The translations under genes and the position numbers were made by a program. This document shows, one piece after another, positions 61,030 through 64,000 of a DNA stretch of 64,000 bases; positions within the stretch are counted from its first letter, which is position 1, and each line of letters starts with the position of its first letter. Origin of the DNA: Rhizobium sp. Q54 (lineage in GTDB: Bacteria; Pseudomonadota; Alphaproteobacteria; Micropepsales; Micropepsaceae); assembly GCA_945882615.1 (NCBI GenBank), contig CAMCWK010000012.1:6399-70398 (forward strand), read 5' to 3'. The notes beneath the pieces were generated by a model. The model saw only the letters and a program-made list of their open reading frames with translations. It was not told where the DNA came from and searched no databases.

Positions 61030-61353
61030 TCAGGCCTCGCGTTTGGGCTTTATTTCGCTGCGCGGCCTGATTTCGCTGCGCGGCTTGGGGCGGCGGTCGT
61101 AAGGGCTGCGGTCTTCCCAGCGCTCGTTATAGGAGCTGCGCGCATCCGACATCGACACGAACAGCGTTGCCAGCGCCCCGGCGAACACGCCCAGCGGCAC
61201 GGCCATGAAAATATCGGTATCGGTGCCGAACGCGACGATTCCCGCCACGATCACGCCGGTCAACTGCGCCACGCTTTTTGGAAAAAACTGCCCCAAACCG
61301 CCCATCTGGCGGTTGTAGGGAGGGGGTGTGCCAGAATGAAACACACCTTGCAC
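61030..61353 (-). CDS. Small hypothetical membrane protein with 18-nt tandem duplication near the 3' end
   Basis: GC-rich third positions and two hydrophobic segments. No clear Shine-Dalgarno for either GTG 61353 or ATG 61305. Confidence 0.35.
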   Translation of the reverse strand: MQGVFHSGTPPPYNRQMGGLGQFFPKSVAQLTGVIVAGIVAFGTDTDIFMAVPLGVFAGALATLFVSMSDARSSYNERWEDRSPYDRRPKPRSEIRPRSEIKPKREA

Positions 61354-61411
61354 GCAGGGTTAATGCCGCAAGGGACTTAACCTTATAACCGGACGGCTCC
61401 TGTGCCCTGTT

Positions 61412-62620
61412 TCAGATCTGGCGGAAACCCGCCGCGGCCAGCCGATCGCGGATTTCCTGGGCATGCTCGGCGTCGCGGGCCTCGACCACCAGGCCCAGGG
61501 TGGCGGATTTGGCGGGAATGCCCGCCATCATCCGGTTATGGGAAACCTCCAGCACATTGCCGCCGGCATCGGCGATAATGCGGGAAATATCGGCCAGCTG
61601 GCCGGGCCGATCCTCGATCTGGAGTTCCAGATGGATGATGCGCCCCTCGCGCGTCAGTTCGCGCAGGATGACGTTGGACAAAAGGCGCATGTCGATATTG
61701 CCGCCCGACATCACGATCCCCACCTGGCGACCCTTGAACTGGCCGGCATGGGCCAGGAGCGCCGCAAAGCCCGACGCCGCCGCGCCTTCAATCAGGGTCT
61801 TTTCGATTTCCAGGATCATGGACAAAGCGTGTTCGATCTCGTCCTCGCCCACCACGAAGATGTCCGACACCATCTGCTTGACGATCTGTGTCGTCAGCGC
61901 GCCGGGCTGCTTGACCGCGATGCCTTCGGCAATGGTCTGGATGATCGGCGCTGGCGGGGGCGCCAGCCCCTTCACCGCGTCGTACATGGCCGGGTAAAGC
62001 TCGCTCTGCGCCCCGAAAATCTCGATGGCGGGCTTCATTGCCTTGGCCGCGATGGCGCAGCCCGAGATCAGGCCGCCGCCACCGATTGGCACGATCAGCA
62101 CGTCCAGCTGGGGCACATCCTCCAGCATCTCCATGGCGCAGGTGCCCTGCCCCGCGATGACCAGCGGATCGTCATAGGGATGAATGAAGGTGAGGTTTTT
62201 CTCTTTGGCGATGCGGCGCGCCTCGGCATCGGCTTCCACCAGGCTGTGGCCGTGCAGGATCACGGTCGCGCCGAAATCGCGGGTGTGCTTGACCTTGTTG
62301 AAGGGTGTGGTCACCGGCATCACGATGGTGGCGGGGATGCCCAGCCGCCCCGCATGATAGGCGACGCCCTGGGCGTGATTGCCGGCGCTCATGGCGGCAA
62401 CGCCGCGCTTCTTTTCCGCATCGCTGAGCGCCAGGATGCGGTTCAGCGCCCCGCGTTCCTTGAACGAGGCGGTGAACTGGCGGTTCTCGAATTTCAGCCA
62501 CACTTCGCAGCCCGCGATACCCGACAGGGTGCGCGAGTGGCGCGTCGGCGTGCGCACCAGCGCCGGCTGGATGCGCGCGGCGGCATTTTGAATGTCGGCG
62601 AATGTCGGCGCGGCGGTCAC
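61412..62620 (-). CDS. ilvA: Threonine ammonia-lyase (short form with one ACT-like domain)
   Basis: PLP-lysine context TASFKERGALN, SAGNHAQGVAY, GGGGLISG and a C-terminal ACT-like domain. Confidence 0.9.
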   Translation of the reverse strand: MTAAPTFADIQNAAARIQPALVRTPTRHSRTLSGIAGCEVWLKFENRQFTASFKERGALNRILALSDAEKKRGVAAMSAGNHAQGVAYHAGRLGIPATIVMPVTTPFNKVKHTRDFGATVILHGHSLVEADAEARRIAKEKNLTFIHPYDDPLVIAGQGTCAMEMLEDVPQLDVLIVPIGGGGLISGCAIAAKAMKPAIEIFGAQSELYPAMYDAVKGLAPPPAPIIQTIAEGIAVKQPGALTTQIVKQMVSDIFVVGEDEIEHALSMILEIEKTLIEGAAASGFAALLAHAGQFKGRQVGIVMSGGNIDMRLLSNVILRELTREGRIIHLELQIEDRPGQLADISRIIADAGGNVLEVSHNRMMAGIPAKSATLGLVVEARDAEHAQEIRDRLAAAGFRQI

Positions 62621-62630
62621 GAAAATATCC

Positions 62631-63311
62631 TCAACCCTTCCTGGCGTACCAGCCGGCGATCATGAACGCCTGGAAAAAGCGCGTCGGCAGCGCAAAGCCG
62701 CTCGCGCGCATGATGTCCTCGGCCTCAGACGGCGCAAGCACGGTGAGGGTATCTCGAAGCAGGCGCGGAAGCGAATGGAGAGAATCCGGCGTTGCCCCCA
62801 TCAGCGACTGCAGGCGCTTCCAATGTTCCAGCATCGCGGGAAATTCCTCGGAATCCAGGTCGAAGCTGATCTCGGTGTTGACGAAGGTGCCGCCGCGCTT
62901 CAAGCGCCGATGCATCCCTTGATAGAAATCGAGTCTTTCCCCGCGCTTCACGAAATGACCGACGAGGAAGCTGAGGGCCGCATCGAAGCTTTCCGCGTCC
63001 GGCACGTCCTGCACATAGGCATGGACGAGTTCGCAGCGATCCATCAAGCCGTAACGCACCATGCGCTCGCGGCATACATCGAGCATGGCAGCCGACGGAT
63101 CGACACCGACGAACGACCATTGCGGATACTCTTCGCTGAGCGCGAGGATGTCCGCACCGGTCCCCACGCCCACGCACAGGATGCGGGATTTTTCCGGTAA
63201 CGTCTTCAGGACAAGACGGGTCAGGAAGTGCATGCCGTCAGCGATGGGCGCTAGCCTGCGGTTCTTCTCGTCGTAACCCCGGGACGCGTCCTTCGTGAAA
63301 AAATCGGCCAT
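62631..63311 (-). CDS. Class I SAM-dependent methyltransferase
   Basis: Motif I ILCVGVGTGADI, then VGVDPSAAML. Confidence 0.8.
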   Translation of the reverse strand: MADFFTKDASRGYDEKNRRLAPIADGMHFLTRLVLKTLPEKSRILCVGVGTGADILALSEEYPQWSFVGVDPSAAMLDVCRERMVRYGLMDRCELVHAYVQDVPDAESFDAALSFLVGHFVKRGERLDFYQGMHRRLKRGGTFVNTEISFDLDSEEFPAMLEHWKRLQSLMGATPDSLHSLPRLLRDTLTVLAPSEAEDIMRASGFALPTRFFQAFMIAGWYARKG

Positions 63312-63472
63312 GGGTCAATGATAGGCTGACGCGCGCGGATGCCAATAGAGCGGCGCGCATAGGAGCGATGACGTGGGAAGTCTTCGGCGGGGTGTCATTG
63401 TCTCGCGCGCCCAGATGAACGGGGGCTTGAAACACTATCGAGACAAGTCTGGTCTCGATTATACCCAAGGAT

Positions 63473-63547
63473 TGGTAGCAGCGGCAGGATTTGAACCTGC
63501 GACCAAAGGATTATGATTCCCCTACTCTACCACTGAGCTACGCTGCC
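63473..63547 (-). tRNA. tRNA with CAU anticodon (elongator Met, or Ile2 if lysidine-modified)
   Basis: Minus-strand sequence GGCAGCGTAGCTCAGTGGTAGAGTAGGGGAATCATAATCCTTTGGTCGCAGGTTCAAATCCTGCCGCTGCTACCA folds as a cloverleaf of 75 nt. Anticodon loop is A-U-CAU-A-A, the T-loop is TTCAAAT, and CCA is encoded. Confidence 0.9.
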
Positions 63548-63585
63548 AAACCGAAGGTTCGGACCGCCTGTTGGTCCGGGCGCGG

Positions 63586-63614
63586 GGTGTAAAATGCCCC
63601 CTTGCCGGTGTCAA
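63586..63614 (-). promoter_or_regulatory. Candidate sigma70-type promoter for the tRNA
   Basis: On the minus strand, TTGACA (63614-63609), a 17-nt spacer, then TACACC (63591-63586), about 35-40 nt upstream of the tRNA 5' end. This is a motif match only. Confidence 0.3.
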
Positions 63615-63647
63615 GTTTCGCAGGCTTGGCGCAGGGTTTCACCCGCT

Positions 63648-64000
63648 TTACGCCGCCACGGCCTCGGCGGTGATCCAGCCGCCACCCAGCACGCGGCTGC
63701 CCGAGGCCTCATAAAAGACGCAAGCCTGGCCCGGCGCGATGGCGTCTTCGGGTGCGGCAAGTTCCACCCGCGCGGTGCCGCCTGCCAGCGGGGTCACCAT
63801 GGCGGCAACCGGGGGACGCATGGAACGCACTTTGACCCGCGCCTCGAACGGCGCGCTCTGCGGCCCCAGCCAGTTCACCTCGCGCAAGGTGATGCGCGAA
63901 GAGCCCAGCGCCGCGCGCGGTCCCACCACCACCCGGTCATTGACCGGGTCCAACTTGAGCACGAAGAGCGGTTCTTCATTGCCGGAAAGTCCCAGGCCCT
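63648..64000 (-). CDS. mnmA: tRNA 2-thiouridine(34) synthase MnmA, C-terminal part (5' end outside window)
   Basis: The ORF is open to the window edge. ITLREVNWL, KVRSMRPP and PGQACVFY....VLGGGWI match the MnmA C-terminal barrel. Confidence 0.85.
   Translation of the reverse strand, partial: GLGLSGNEEPLFVLKLDPVNDRVVVGPRAALGSSRITLREVNWLGPQSAPFEARVKVRSMRPPVAAMVTPLAGGTARVELAAPEDAIAPGQACVFYEASGSRVLGGGWITAEAVAA

Noticed and set aside
63473-63547. Initiator tRNA-fMet assignment for the CAU tRNA
   Set aside because: The first acceptor pair is G1-U72 rather than the bacterial initiator C1xA72 mismatch. I also did not see three consecutive G-C pairs at the base of the anticodon stem. It is called elongator Met, or possibly Ile2.

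Overview
High-GC (roughly 65-70% by eye) alphaproteobacterial chromosomal segment, densely packed with housekeeping genes. These include sodB, uvrB, two cspA paralogues, glnD, trpS, folB, uvrC, pgsA, ilvE, an OmpR/EnvZ-type pair, proC, lgt, prs, rplY-pth-ychF, an MTA-salvage operon, petABC, trmL, cca, a MoxR/DUF58/BatA-like cluster, a CheY-like/Hpt-like/motA group, ilvA, one tRNA(CAU) and mnmA. I saw no rRNA, CRISPR array, transposase or integrase. Six things stand out. (1) A ~1.55-kb AT-rich (~42% G+C) insert at 14276-15842 carries a gene of about 510 codons, broken by one homopolymer frameshift and one in-frame TGA. Its C-terminus looks like an Mrr-type PD-(D/E)XK nuclease; I cannot assign its N-terminal two-thirds. 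It may be a decayed single-gene defence element. (2) At several gene ends, the last codons plus the stop codon are duplicated on either side of a short GC-rich palindromic insert. In the two best cases (uvrB and a secreted protein) the copies differ almost only at synonymous positions. (3) There are several families of structured intergenic repeats: REPIN-like doublets filling convergent gene gaps, a GGTCCAGTGGACC-hairpin family, and two inverted 86-88-bp double-hairpin elements bracketing a two-gene module. (4) The operon mtnP-apt-GST-mtnA-(class II aldolase fused to SDR) looks like a DHAP-shunt type MTA/5'-deoxyadenosine salvage route with the aldolase and reductase steps fused. (5) Two CheY-like proteins share an Arg-rich FGPDRR tail. 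One lacks most phospho-acceptor pocket residues; the other is translationally coupled to an Hpt-like ORF next to motA. (6) A periplasmic Cu/Zn-SOD-like protein lacks three of the seven canonical metal ligands. All coordinates come from the ORF track plus hand counting. Function calls rest on motifs I recognised, not on database searches.
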